Below, piece after piece: positions 1-8,593 of a DNA stretch of 64,000 bases. Position 1 is the stretch's first letter; each line of letters opens with the position of its first letter. The notes beneath the pieces are model-generated. The model made no database searches, was not told where the DNA came from, and saw only the letters and a program-made list of their open reading frames with translations. Origin of the DNA: a virus; IMG/VR virus record IMGVR_UViG_3300023179_000053, positions 29,814-93,813 of that record. One strand, written 5' to 3'. Both the position numbers and the translations under genes were made by a program.

Positions 1-71
1 TAGATGGATTACCAGATGTGTATACATCTATATCTGAGGAAGTTGAAATTATAATGTGTTTTTGCTGTGTA

Positions 72-347
72 TTAAATGGCATTTTGCTTCTCCATTCTTT
101 CTTTGATATTTTTAATTACTGTTTTATTGGTTTGCAATTCTGATAAATCCCACCCTAAATCTTCAAGTTTTTGCCATACCAAATCTAACATTTCTGTATC
201 TGTTAGTTCGCCAAGTGGAGTTGTTATTATTTCAGCTATTTCAGTAATAGTTTTACTATACTGACCATGTGTTATTTCAGATTGTCTGTATGGTCTACCA
301 TTGTTATTATTGTTGTAATAGAGACCACCATGTGGATTAAATAACAT
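72..347 (-). CDS. hypothetical protein; C-terminal part resembles ORF 12298..12498
   Basis: ORF with an AGGAGG SD upstream; shares an I..I..I.TTP...LTD.E..D..W motif with 12298..12498. Confidence 0.7.
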   Translation of the reverse strand: MLFNPHGGLYYNNNNNGRPYRQSEITHGQYSKTITEIAEIITTPLGELTDTEMLDLVWQKLEDLGWDLSELQTNKTVIKNIKERMEKQNAI

Positions 348-375
348 ATTGCCTCCTTTTGTTTTTATTACTTAG

Positions 376-449
376 CGTTTCCGATAGGATTTGAACCTAC
401 AACCTACTGATTAGAAGTCAGTTGCTCTATCCAATTGAGCTACGGAAAC
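376..449 (-). tRNA. tRNA-Arg(UCU)
   Basis: Cloverleaf: acceptor GTTTCCG/CGGAAAC, D arm GCTC-AATTGGATA-GAGC, anticodon arm ACTGA-CT TCT AA-TCAGT, T loop TTCAAAT; CCA not encoded. Confidence 0.95.
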
Positions 450-454
450 AATAA

Positions 455-507
455 AAATGCCGGATAGAATAAAGTGTCGCAGCACTTTATTATTCTACCC
501 GGCATTT
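455..507 (-). terminator. long imperfect hairpin followed by a U-rich tract (terminator-like or processing stem)
   Basis: AAATGCCGG..TAGAAT AAAGTG / CACTTT..ATTCTA..CCGGCATTT inverted repeat between ORF 538..1119 and tRNA-Arg. Confidence 0.5.
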
Positions 508-537
508 AGGGGGATTATTTATTATTACCCCTAGTTA

Positions 538-1119
538 TTATTGTTTTATTCTATCAAATAATTGTTCAACCATTTTATTTGTTTTTTCAGCTTGTTGTAA
601 ATGTTGTTTAATTGTAATTTTATTACCTTTTGTAGCAAAAAATATTTTAGATCTGTGTACAAACATTTCACCATTTTTAAAATGCCATTTCCACATTTCA
701 CCTTCTTCTCCACGCCACACTATTTCTGTATCATTTTCAATATATGGAGCAAGAGCACAAAAGAATATATCTTCATTACCTGCTTTATTTGAATAGGATA
801 TGTCTACAAGATTGTTTTTTTCATCAAAAACTGAATCAAAGCCTAATTCATTTAAAATTTCTTTAAGATCTTTTAATTTGTTATGATAATCAGAAGCCAT
901 CCAACTAAACCATCTAGCAGGGTGGTAATCTAACCCATCTGGTCTTTTGTCGCCTTTATTTACTTTATCCTCTCCCCCATAGATTCCGCCATCTTTTAGC
1001 AAATCATATGCTGGATTAGAATTAAGTTCACATAAAGCCTCATATGCTTTTTGCACATTTTTGGCTTTAATAATTGCACCATTAGTTTTAATTGATTGAA
1101 TATCTACGTAGTAGCCCAT
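538..1119 (-). CDS. hypothetical phage protein
   Basis: 193-aa ORF with AAGGA SD; WRGEEGEMWKW motif; no function assignable. Confidence 0.8.
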   Translation of the reverse strand: MGYYVDIQSIKTNGAIIKAKNVQKAYEALCELNSNPAYDLLKDGGIYGGEDKVNKGDKRPDGLDYHPARWFSWMASDYHNKLKDLKEILNELGFDSVFDEKNNLVDISYSNKAGNEDIFFCALAPYIENDTEIVWRGEEGEMWKWHFKNGEMFVHRSKIFFATKGNKITIKQHLQQAEKTNKMVEQLFDRIKQ

Positions 1120-1131
1120 TATCTTCCTTTG

Positions 1132-1353
1132 CTATTTGTTGTATAAAACGCTATCTTGTGGGTATCCACTAGGATACTTTTCATTGAAGTTTTGAATTGC
1201 CAATTCGTAGGCATTATCAAAACCGGGAGTTTCTTCCATTGGTTCATCTATTAATGGAATAAATCCTCTTTCTACTAAGTCAAGAAATGCTGACTCTATA
1301 AATTTATCTTGTACTTGTTCAGGGGCATTTTCCCAATGTGTTTCATCTACCAT
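1132..1353 (-). CDS. hypothetical protein
   Basis: ORF coupled to the upstream gene by a TAATG overlap. Confidence 0.7.
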   Translation of the reverse strand: MVDETHWENAPEQVQDKFIESAFLDLVERGFIPLIDEPMEETPGFDNAYELAIQNFNEKYPSGYPQDSVLYNK

Positions 1354-1652
1354 TATTCTTCTCCTTCTTCATCTGTAAAAGTTCCCCATTTAATTACAAT
1401 GGCATTATCTCCATGACTATCTGCTTCCCAAGGTTTTTCTGTAACTATATAAGCAAGCCTATTGACCCATCTATAGCCACTTTCAATCCACAACTCATTG
1501 CCTTCGGCAATCATAGTCCATACTTTTCTTGGCTCAATAGATTGAATAAATTTTTTCTCCACCCCAAATGTTTCATATGTTTTTACACGATCATCTTCCA
1601 TTTCGGGTGAATATTTATCAATCCAATCATCTGGTAACATTACTTTAACCAT
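1353..1652 (-). CDS. hypothetical protein
   Basis: ORF with SD inside a tightly packed operon. Confidence 0.7.
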   Translation of the reverse strand: MVKVMLPDDWIDKYSPEMEDDRVKTYETFGVEKKFIQSIEPRKVWTMIAEGNELWIESGYRWVNRLAYIVTEKPWEADSHGDNAIVIKWGTFTDEEGEE

Positions 1653-1666
1653 ATTTATCTTTTCCT

Positions 1667-2209
1667 TTACATTGACCAGTGGTCAGCGCCACCATTTTCG
1701 TATAGATACTTTGATACTTTTAGATTACAATCAACATCAAACAGACCATCAATTGATGTACCGCAAATGTTTTTTGTAACTGTTTTCCAAGTAGAATTAA
1801 CTTGTAGAAGCCCCAAGTCTTGTGAACCATCTTTGTTTAATTTAGTGTTGTGAGCTTCCGGATTACATCTACTTTCTCTCCAAGCTATATAAGAAAATAG
1901 CTTTGGTGGAAGACCATACTCAACAAATTTAGATTCCCATTGCGGGCATCTTTCTGTTTCGTCTTTAGGTATTCTCCTTTTAGTTTCTGCCGGCACTTGT
2001 GCCATTGGCAATGTAGATGTAGTTGTAGTTGTCTCTACAGTAGTTGTAGTTTCTACTACAGGAGCATCAACGACAATTACTTGAGCAGATTCTTGCTTTT
2101 CATAATTGTCTTCAACTATTGTTTTTGTAATGACAGCGCCTGTAAAAGCGCCATAAATTAAGCCTATAACTGCTATATAAGGCTGCGATTGTAACATATT
2201 TTCCTCCAA
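1667..2209 (-). CDS. membrane-anchored lytic transglycosylase (SLT/lysozyme-like)
   Basis: N-terminal hydrophobic helix, Thr-rich linker, catalytic RES-x-C-NP-x-A motif and GLLQVN motif. Confidence 0.85.
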   Translation of the reverse strand: MEENMLQSQPYIAVIGLIYGAFTGAVITKTIVEDNYEKQESAQVIVVDAPVVETTTTVETTTTTSTLPMAQVPAETKRRIPKDETERCPQWESKFVEYGLPPKLFSYIAWRESRCNPEAHNTKLNKDGSQDLGLLQVNSTWKTVTKNICGTSIDGLFDVDCNLKVSKYLYENGGADHWSM

Positions 2210-2338
2210 AGTTTAGGGTTTGCGTTATTACGCATTAGCATTTCTAATAGAAGAAACGTTAGTAAATCAACAACTTTACTTACGTTTTCTTAGTTACTAT
2301 TTTATAAATAATCCTCCTTGATATACACTTTTATTTTG

Positions 2339-2415
2339 TGCTGGCGATGGGACTTGAACCCATATGTCACCAGTTAACCTTTCTACACTTTATAAGAGTG
2401 AGGGTATACGCCAGC
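2339..2415 (-). tRNA. atypical tRNA-like RNA lacking a canonical D arm; anticodon-like loop CT-TAT-AA (Ile UAU-like)
   Basis: 7-bp acceptor GCTGGCG/CGCCAGC plus discriminator A, T arm ATGGG-TTCAAGT-CCCAT, hairpin CACT-CTTATAA-AGTG only 8 nt after the acceptor strand. Confidence 0.7.
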
Positions 2416-2422
2416 TTATGAT

Positions 2423-2809
2423 CTAGTCGTTGTCCCCAGATATGTCTTCTTCCATTTCAAGTAGTGCAATAATTTCTTTGTGCATACTTGGTCTATTAGA
2501 CATATTCTCTGCTAACCGTTCACGAACATTTTGATTATAATGTTGCGTATATGTATTTGAAACTTCTTTCATTGTAATATCATTACTTTCAGCAAGCTCT
2601 TTCATAATGATACTCATATGCATCATAAATGCATATATTAATGCCGGCATAAAAAATGGATTGTCTCCGTGTTCATCAGATAGTGACTGAAACAAAGTTT
2701 CTAGTATTACTTTATTTTCTTTTGCTGAATTATCAGATGAGTTGATAAATGTATTAAACATTTGCAACGCAATATCTGTAAACAGGAATTCATCTTTTTG
2801 ATTTGTCAT
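2423..2809 (-). CDS. hypothetical protein
   Basis: 128-aa ORF; weak similarity to 8212..8586. Confidence 0.75.
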   Translation of the reverse strand: MTNQKDEFLFTDIALQMFNTFINSSDNSAKENKVILETLFQSLSDEHGDNPFFMPALIYAFMMHMSIIMKELAESNDITMKEVSNTYTQHYNQNVRERLAENMSNRPSMHKEIIALLEMEEDISGDND

Positions 2810-2811
2810 AA

Positions 2812-3000
2812 TTATTTATACTCACTAAGAACATAATACGTATATATTTCTCGATTAGAGATTAACCATTCTACCATAGTTATCTCATTTTGTCGAGTAA
2901 GATAGTCTAGTACATATTTAAATGAATATATATCTCCTCCTTGTTGTTTGATTCTTTTTGTAATTAATTTCATTTTTGTTGGTATGATATTTTGTTTCAT
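2812..3000 (-). CDS. hypothetical protein (start moved to MKQNII)
   Basis: The ORF-track start at 3075 overlaps tRNA-Leu; the ATG at 3000 lies just past the tRNA. Confidence 0.6.
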   Translation of the reverse strand: MKQNIIPTKMKLITKRIKQQGGDIYSFKYVLDYLTRQNEITMVEWLISNREIYTYYVLSEYK

Positions 3001-3004
3001 ATCG

Positions 3005-3077
3005 TGGGTGTAGTGGGATTCGAACCCACACTTTATTGATTTTAAGTCAACTGCCTCTGCCATTGGGCTACACACCC
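3005..3077 (-). tRNA. tRNA-Leu(UAA), short variable loop
   Basis: Acceptor GGGTGTG/TACACCC, D region TAGCCCAATGGCAGAGGC, anticodon arm GTTGA-CT TAA AA-TCAAT, 5-nt variable loop, T arm GTGGG-TTCGAAT-CCCAC. Confidence 0.92.
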
Positions 3078-3083
3078 AATTAT

Positions 3084-3419
3084 TTATTCGATATCTTCTT
3101 GTTCTAATAAATTTGTCAACTCAATGATATCAGCCGGTGTTTCACCTTTTTGAACAAGATCATTGTGATGAGATATATTCTTTGTTATTTCCCTAACAGA
3201 TACGGAATGTGGATTATAGAAATACTCTTTTACAATTCCGGGCTGTTTCTCACCGACTGAATATTCAAATATTCTGGCATTCCAATTGTCAGGTTTAAAA
3301 CCGTGTAATCTTTCGCAAATTCTATTAGCAATTGATACAGCTTCAATTACAGTAGATGTATCTTCAACTTTGATAGGGAATCTGTATTCTACTATGTAAT
3401 AGTTATCAAATTTAGGCAT
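3084..3419 (-). CDS. hypothetical protein
   Basis: 111-aa ORF with AAGGA SD. Confidence 0.75.
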   Translation of the reverse strand: MPKFDNYYIVEYRFPIKVEDTSTVIEAVSIANRICERLHGFKPDNWNARIFEYSVGEKQPGIVKEYFYNPHSVSVREITKNISHHNDLVQKGETPADIIELTNLLEQEDIE

Positions 3420-3547
3420 TATAATCCTTTACCAGAATACAGAATAAAACCAACTATTGCCATAAGAAATATAAGCCCCCAAGATACCAGAGATGCTGTT
3501 ATTCCCAATACAATTAATGCGGTTAATAAAATTTGCTTTTCTGTCAT
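3419..3547 (-). CDS. small hydrophobic membrane peptide (42 aa, not in ORF track)
   Basis: MTEKQILLTALIVLGITASLVSWGLIFLMAIVGFILYSGKGL; ATGA and TAATG overlaps with both neighbours. Confidence 0.65.
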   Translation of the reverse strand: MTEKQILLTALIVLGITASLVSWGLIFLMAIVGFILYSGKGL

Positions 3548-5205
3548 GAGATTTCTTCTATTTGAATACTATCACCATTTACCGGATTAAGAAATGCGTT
3601 TTTGATTACCATCGAGCTACCATCGTTAGATGTAGACATTATACCTTTCAGATTATTTACAAGCATCGGTGATTTAATCAAGAACTTTTTACTACCAATT
3701 TTTAAGATACAACCTTTAAGAACTTCTGACTTTTCTACTTGAAAGTCTAAGCCTTGTACATAAGGAAGGTCTTTAACTTTTACTTTGATATCCTTACTAC
3801 CAAAATCAATATGTATTAAGTCTTGTTTGTAATGTTCAAACATTAGCTTCCCGATTCTGTTATCAGCAAGATTTCTAAACTCAGTATTACCATCTGTGTA
3901 CCCAGAATCATAATGATCATATTCGTGTATAATAGTAGCAATCAGTGATTCAACACTAGAAGATTTTGCGTGATGTTTATTTATCAGAATCTGTCTTTCT
4001 TGTCTTGGTTTATCTACAAGTATAGTTAGACCAAGCAGGTTTTGACTTTCAGCAGAGAATAACCCTATCTTTCTATGCATTGTTTTCAAACCTTTTTCAA
4101 AGTGCTCTGCTATCTCTAACGCTCTGACAAAGTTGGGGTAGTTTTCGTAATCATACTCAACATCATATTTAAGATCTTCATTTGCAATATCAGAAAGTGT
4201 TCTGACACCGGATTTCTTAAGTATATAGTACAAGTTTGAAGACAGGCAATGAACAGATGAATACCCTAGTTCTTTAACTTTAAGAGCTACATTAGGAACT
4301 GCTGATTCAATAGAATTCAATAACACTGATTTATCACCGTACTTCAAATTAAAACATTCACCCCAGACATCATTAACTCTATTGTATTCAAAAGCAGCTT
4401 CTGAAAAATGCCAGAATTCCATATTGTCATTATCAAGTGGTTCAATACCAATAATCTTGTCTAAGATGGTATTAATTACAGCTTTATTGTCCATATGGCA
4501 TAATGCTCTTGCGATATCATAAGATACTAAATACGGAGATGCCAATTTTCTTTCTTCATTTAACTTAAATGACTTGCCATTGTAATGAAATAAATAGTCT
4601 TCATCACTTTCATATACCAGCACAGATTTACAATAAATAGCGGCGGCATTTGTATTTACTGGCTTTAAAATGTCAACTTTATTTATTGAGCAACTGTAAT
4701 AAACTTCAGCGTTATCACAATAGTAATAATCGTGATTTCTGTACACTTCCATAATTTTATCGGTTGCTTCAATAAATATTGAGAATTCGCCTTCTTTGAA
4801 ATAAACGTCATCTACTAGATCAATTCCCCACAATGACTTATCATTTCTAGCACCATCTTTTGCATTACTTACAACTTCTCGATAAATTTGAAATTCATCT
4901 TCCCAAGATAATGTGCCGGCATCAACTGTAAATGAAGATGGAATTTGCTCATAACCATAATCATAATATACAACATCAATGCCTTGAAGTTTTCTTGCAA
5001 TGTATCTAAGTTGATATGGACCATCTTGGTCATTGCCAACAAATACAAATTCAACACCTTTTCTTAATGCAAGAATTGGTGCGTATTTAATGCCGGAACC
5101 GAATTGACCAATAGTTTCTTCATCATCACGCTTTGTAGATAAACCTAGGTATTGTAAGTTTAGTCTACTAACTTCGTCTGCTTTATTCCATATTCTTAGA
5201 TACAT
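3544..5205 (-). CDS. GHKL (HSP90/HATPase-like) ATPase fused to an HExxH zincin-like domain
   Basis: LGLSTK..IGQFGSGIK ATP-lid motif, REVVSNAKD, C-terminal TIIHEYDH. Confidence 0.7.
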   Translation of the reverse strand: MYLRIWNKADEVSRLNLQYLGLSTKRDDEETIGQFGSGIKYAPILALRKGVEFVFVGNDQDGPYQLRYIARKLQGIDVVYYDYGYEQIPSSFTVDAGTLSWEDEFQIYREVVSNAKDGARNDKSLWGIDLVDDVYFKEGEFSIFIEATDKIMEVYRNHDYYYCDNAEVYYSCSINKVDILKPVNTNAAAIYCKSVLVYESDEDYLFHYNGKSFKLNEERKLASPYLVSYDIARALCHMDNKAVINTILDKIIGIEPLDNDNMEFWHFSEAAFEYNRVNDVWGECFNLKYGDKSVLLNSIESAVPNVALKVKELGYSSVHCLSSNLYYILKKSGVRTLSDIANEDLKYDVEYDYENYPNFVRALEIAEHFEKGLKTMHRKIGLFSAESQNLLGLTILVDKPRQERQILINKHHAKSSSVESLIATIIHEYDHYDSGYTDGNTEFRNLADNRIGKLMFEHYKQDLIHIDFGSKDIKVKVKDLPYVQGLDFQVEKSEVLKGCILKIGSKKFLIKSPMLVNNLKGIMSTSNDGSSMVIKNAFLNPVNGDSIQIEEIS

Positions 5206-5233
5206 TGCAATACTCCCTTTGTTGTTTTATTAA

Positions 5234-6175
5234 CTATAGAGGATTAGTTGAATTATTAGAGCTAAGAGCCTGAACTCTTGCTGTTTGAAGTTGTTTATCA
5301 TCAAACAAAAATTCTTTCAATCTTTGCGCTTGCTCGTCTGTATAAGTAGTAATCTTAAAGTGTGTACAAGGGTATGCTGTGCTTGGCACTAAATCTTCAA
5401 TAATTTCAACTTTTGTTGCTTTGTTGAATTCATTGGACAAGCCAGCTTTGTTGACAACATTTTGAGAAACTAATTCAATAAGCCTAATCAGTGCAATTAC
5501 TGAAGTGTTTAAACTACTGATGACACTGCTATTTTGACTTCTCTCATTAATTGCTGTTAAATAATCTCCTGATTTTACAGGCACAATTGAATCTAACACA
5601 ATATTAATGTCAGTAGCAATAGTATTTACAACTGCGTTCCAAACACTTCTACCTAAGCGGCAATGACTGGCTGGATTTGTTCTTATGTAATCATCAAGAT
5701 TACTTTGAATCCAATCATCAGTAATTGCTGAATCATTCATAATATCTTCAACATCGGATCTAATTTCATCCATTACATTAGATGATGTTAGATACCTATC
5801 ATCAAATGACTCTGTTAAATCGTCTTTAATTTCCTCTTTGAAAGAGTAAACATTGCTTGAGTCATCAAACCATTCATTAATACGATCATCAATTTGCTCA
5901 TCTTCGAGTGGTTCAATTTTCTCTTTAACTTTGTTATAAACGACATTGATAACATTGTCATTTTTTGCTAGAGACTCAACCAATAAATTGATTGGAATCG
6001 TGACAGATATTTCATTATTTGTTTGTTCATTTGTTTCCATGATTTGCTCCTGTTTGGTTAGTATTACATTTCCTGCTATTTCTGTTCTTTCTATTATTTC
6101 CACGGCGTTTTCCTGTTCTAATCGCCCCACAGCGTTTTTATTCTTTTTCTGTATGAAGTTGAGTATGCGTTTCAC
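5234..6175 (-). CDS. hypothetical acidic helical protein
   Basis: 313-aa ORF; start codon uncertain. Confidence 0.75.
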   Translation of the reverse strand: MKRILNFIQKKNKNAVGRLEQENAVEIIERTEIAGNVILTKQEQIMETNEQTNNEISVTIPINLLVESLAKNDNVINVVYNKVKEKIEPLEDEQIDDRINEWFDDSSNVYSFKEEIKDDLTESFDDRYLTSSNVMDEIRSDVEDIMNDSAITDDWIQSNLDDYIRTNPASHCRLGRSVWNAVVNTIATDINIVLDSIVPVKSGDYLTAINERSQNSSVISSLNTSVIALIRLIELVSQNVVNKAGLSNEFNKATKVEIIEDLVPSTAYPCTHFKITTYTDEQAQRLKEFLFDDKQLQTARVQALSSNNSTNPL

Positions 6176-6190
6176 AACGTATCATCACAA

Positions 6191-6655
6191 CTACACTAGG
6201 TCCATTAATCCATCACAATATATCTCAGCGAATTCCCATAGTGGGTCGTTCTCATTAACTTCCATTTGTGCGTGGTCAAACCAATCAGCAAAATGATATA
6301 CAACTCGCACAATAGTTTCCGTATATTCTGGATCAATGAATACTTCTAGATAATCTGCCGGACCACCTGTACTCAATTCAATTTTAATTACTTTTGTAAT
6401 TACAAATCCAAGTGGAAATTCTACAAGACTATCTTCATTGTATTCATTATCGGATGCGTTTTCTCTGAATTTAGCTACTTCATCTTCAGATGGTTCTCTA
6501 TCTTCATTTTTTGTGAATTCCTCGACAAACTGCTCTGTCAATTCATCAAGTTCATCTGCCGCAGTTCCATTATGAAACTTTAGCATTTTAGCTACAGTTT
6601 CATTTCTATGATTATACTGTTCTTTTATGCGCTCTGCGCAAGTTGGCTGTGTCAT
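6191..6655 (-). CDS. hypothetical protein
   Basis: 154-aa acidic ORF; LSTGGPAD motif; AGGAG SD. Confidence 0.8.
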   Translation of the reverse strand: MTQPTCAERIKEQYNHRNETVAKMLKFHNGTAADELDELTEQFVEEFTKNEDREPSEDEVAKFRENASDNEYNEDSLVEFPLGFVITKVIKIELSTGGPADYLEVFIDPEYTETIVRVVYHFADWFDHAQMEVNENDPLWEFAEIYCDGLMDLV

Positions 6656-6665
6656 TTATTATCTC

Positions 6666-7673
6666 CTAACCTTTACTAGTCCATACTTGTTGGGCAAGCA
6701 GGCTCATTGGGAAATCAGTCAATCTATTTTCACGCAGTTTCATATTGTAACGGCTCACAATTAAATATGGCAATGATGTGAAAGTTACAGTTTGACCACT
6801 ACTGATCATTGCTTGTGCTTGTGCAATTACTAATGAAGGACTGCCAAGCTTTGTCAATGCTTCAGTCAATCGTTGCTCATTAACTTTCTTACCGTAACGG
6901 TTATAAATACAAGAAACGGCAGAAATCATTTGGTCTCTAAACATTTCTTTATTGTCAGGATAGGAATTTTTAAGAGTACGCAATGCCTTTTCCAATACTG
7001 CTGGACCGGCATTAGTATAAACTTTACGAACTGCCGCAACACAACGAATTCTATTTGGACCAGGTGCAAAATGTACTTCTGCGCCAATTTTAGCAACTAC
7101 ATTTGAAATACCAATAGCAGTTTCATCACCGGCAACAATGCCTGCCTTAAAGATTTGAGCAGGAGTTGGCTTGGTATGTTCTTTATTAGTTAGTGCAAAG
7201 ATATGCGCTTCGTCTTCAAGTGTAAGACCAAAGTAAACCAATGCGTTTACATTTGCATCTTTCATTCCCATTTCAAGCATTGCGTGATAACGATGGCTAC
7301 CATCAATGATTGCCAATGTATTATCTTCACGCATTGAACAAGTAATAACACCAAGCAAATCCGGATCAAAATTCTTTACGATTCGATTGATTTTTGCTTT
7401 CAATGGACTGCGTTGATATTGATAATCAACAAACATATCAGAGATTTTGATTAAAGACGACATCTTTGAAATGTGTCCAACATCAAAGTTAGCGCCAAGA
7501 GATTCGTGTTTTGTAACAATTGGAACATTCAAACTCTTTGCCGCCTCCTTAATTTGTTTATTGTTTTTTGGTTTAACAGGAACAGTTTTGTTTTTCACTG
7601 TTTTCTCCTTTTTGTTGTTGTTAATTAATTGCTTTGATATTTTCATGCTATTTTTCTTACTAGGCGTAGCCAT
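6666..7673 (-). CDS. ParB/Srx-like N-terminal domain protein
   Basis: YQR...IIDGSHRY motif followed by EAHIF..N; basic N-terminus. Confidence 0.75.
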   Translation of the reverse strand: MATPSKKNSMKISKQLINNNKKEKTVKNKTVPVKPKNNKQIKEAAKSLNVPIVTKHESLGANFDVGHISKMSSLIKISDMFVDYQYQRSPLKAKINRIVKNFDPDLLGVITCSMREDNTLAIIDGSHRYHAMLEMGMKDANVNALVYFGLTLEDEAHIFALTNKEHTKPTPAQIFKAGIVAGDETAIGISNVVAKIGAEVHFAPGPNRIRCVAAVRKVYTNAGPAVLEKALRTLKNSYPDNKEMFRDQMISAVSCIYNRYGKKVNEQRLTEALTKLGSPSLVIAQAQAMISSGQTVTFTSLPYLIVSRYNMKLRENRLTDFPMSLLAQQVWTSKG

Positions 7674-7866
7674 TTATCTTGTCTCTTTCTGCTGTCATTA
7701 CACCTTTTTTATATTCTTCAAAGATATCAATGTTTAACATTTCATTGAAATAGTCAATCATTTCTCTTGAAGGTGTATTGTCTTCTTCTATCATTTTGCT
7801 ATAATAACCTCTAGCAAACCAATATTTAGATGTAAATGCAACGCCTTTTGATTTTATACCTGGCAT
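7660..7866 (-). CDS. hypothetical protein
   Basis: 68-aa ORF filling an operon gap. Confidence 0.65.
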   Translation of the reverse strand: MPGIKSKGVAFTSKYWFARGYYSKMIEEDNTPSREMIDYFNEMLNIDIFEEYKKGVMTAERDKINGYA

Positions 7867-7867
7867 A

Positions 7868-8209
7868 TTAAAACAATTTCTCTTTTGCTTTTTTGTATCT
7901 AATCATATGCATTGTTTGATTTACAATTTTGCTACTGATTGAAGTATAATCATCAAGATTAAACATTCTTCTTAAAGAGCCTCTTTCTCTTGATGTAAAA
8001 CCACCCCATACTCCAAATTTAATATTTTCATTTAAAGCATAAGCTAAACATTGCTCAGCAACGGGGCATTCTTTACAGTAAGATTTGGCTTTTTCAGTCT
8101 GTTTTTTTAGATTTCTATTATCTTCATCAGACTCAAAATAAAATGTATTTATTGATATACCTTTACAAGCAGCTCTATCTCTCCAGATTTCTTTGATTGG
8201 ACTAAACAC
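7868..8209 (-). CDS. whiB: WhiB-family Fe-S transcription factor
   Basis: W...AAC, CxxCPV..xC and GVWGG motifs. Confidence 0.93.
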   Translation of the reverse strand: MFSPIKEIWRDRAACKGISINTFYFESDEDNRNLKKQTEKAKSYCKECPVAEQCLAYALNENIKFGVWGGFTSRERGSLRRMFNLDDYTSISSKIVNQTMHMIRYKKAKEKLF

Positions 8210-8211
8210 AA

Positions 8212-8586
8212 TTATTCTCCATAGTAGGGGATAATAGGTTTATCAACAAGTGGATCAAGAAAATTAGTTTGATAATTGTCAAAATACTTTCTAATATCAA
8301 TATTTTCAATACTGCTTAGAGCATTAATTAAATGTGATATATGAGATGACATAGCAATAATAACATTTACTGCTTTGTTAATTTCCACCTCCTCTGTTTT
8401 ATCATTACAGGCTAAATTGATTAGATGTAAGCCAAATCTAGTTCTACCTGTATTAGTTGTGAAATCAGTGCTTTTTAGCAAGTCAGCAACAGCCTGTAAT
8501 GTTTTAACAAAGTCTGTTTCATCTGACATACCATCTGGCATTTTGTTTTCAACGCTTGCATTGTCAATATCTTTTTTGTTGTACAT
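8212..8586 (-). CDS. hypothetical protein (start moved to MYNKK)
   Basis: AAGGA SD before the ATG at 8586; this start avoids overlap with the upstream gene. Confidence 0.7.
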   Translation of the reverse strand: MYNKKDIDNASVENKMPDGMSDETDFVKTLQAVADLLKSTDFTTNTGRTRFGLHLINLACNDKTEEVEINKAVNVIIAMSSHISHLINALSSIENIDIRKYFDNYQTNFLDPLVDKPIIPYYGE

Positions 8587-8593
8587 TTTTTCC

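Noticed and set aside
2812-3075. 87-aa ORF as given in the track
   Set aside because: Its 5' part is the tRNA-Leu gene; the start was moved to 3000
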